Positions 63,898 through 64,000 of a DNA stretch of 64,000 bases are shown piece after piece. Source of the DNA: Eledone cirrhosa. Taxonomy: Eukaryota. Every line of letters begins with the position of its first letter. Positions within the stretch are counted from its first letter, which is position 1. Made by a program: the position numbers and the translations under genes. The stretch spans positions 220,472,001 through 220,536,000 of the forward strand of contig OZ024741.1 in assembly GCA_964016885.1 (NCBI GenBank), written 5' to 3'. The notes beneath the pieces are model-generated. The model did no database searches. It worked only from the letters and a program-made list of their open reading frames with translations, and was not told where the DNA came from.

Positions 63898-63958
63898 TTA
63901 CATTTTGTCTGATGAGCACCTACTGTTGTACATCCGAAATATGTATAATAAAATGTAA
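63898..63958 (+). ncRNA. Type I hammerhead ribozyme (mirror copy at ~60426-60486, minus strand)
   Basis: TTACATTTTGT-CTGATGA-GCACCTACTGTTGTACATCC-GAAA-TATGTA-TA-ATAAAATGTAA. 11-bp stem I. Confidence 0.75.
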
Positions 63959-64000
63959 TTGATCAAAAGAACATCTATTTATTAATATTTATATTTTAAT

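Larger units (their letters stand above)
60378..64000 (+). mobile_element. 5'-truncated Naiad-type PLE with an inverted pLTR; runs off the window end
   Basis: 60378-60745 is rc of ~63642-64000. Frameshifted HKPNENLNYV..SNHP, YYNNALKRAGY, VIWF, CNCRNKSNCHLQINC, LVY..YIGST..FKARFANH. Long 3' UTR. Confidence 0.9.

Overview
AT-rich eukaryotic DNA, almost entirely repeats and mobile elements. The SINE families and (TA)n density suggest an octopus or other cephalopod genome (inference). No intact host gene was found. It contains: (i) a full-length, nearly intact L1/Tx1-type non-LTR retrotransposon (47.2-53.0 kb, minus strand) with one in-frame TAG in ORF2, inserted in an (AAT)n tract; (ii) degenerate CR1, RTE, R4/Dong-like (RLE) and Tx1 LINEs, a FLYWCH-MULE transposase relic, a Tigger-like MITE and many tRNA-derived SINEs; (iii) several Penelope-like elements (PLEs) with a Naiad-type CxCx5Cx5C linker plus GIY-YIG, forming multi-kb inverted repeats; (iv) minisatellites. 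The most striking feature is a dense set of short, (TA)n-bounded fold-back cassettes from many unrelated sequence families. Most carry a hammerhead-ribozyme motif with a palindromic stem III (about 20 motif instances). They share a TTGAGTRCT-like motif near their 3' end, several fold back right at the ribozyme, and one family has a consistent non-canonical core. Possible host-gene traces are a recursive-splice-like AG|GTAAGT at 2356/2357 and a frameshifted LRR segment at 21.6-21.9 kb. Nearly all YIYI/CVCV/poly-R ORFs are microsatellite artefacts. Boundaries were read by eye and are approximate.
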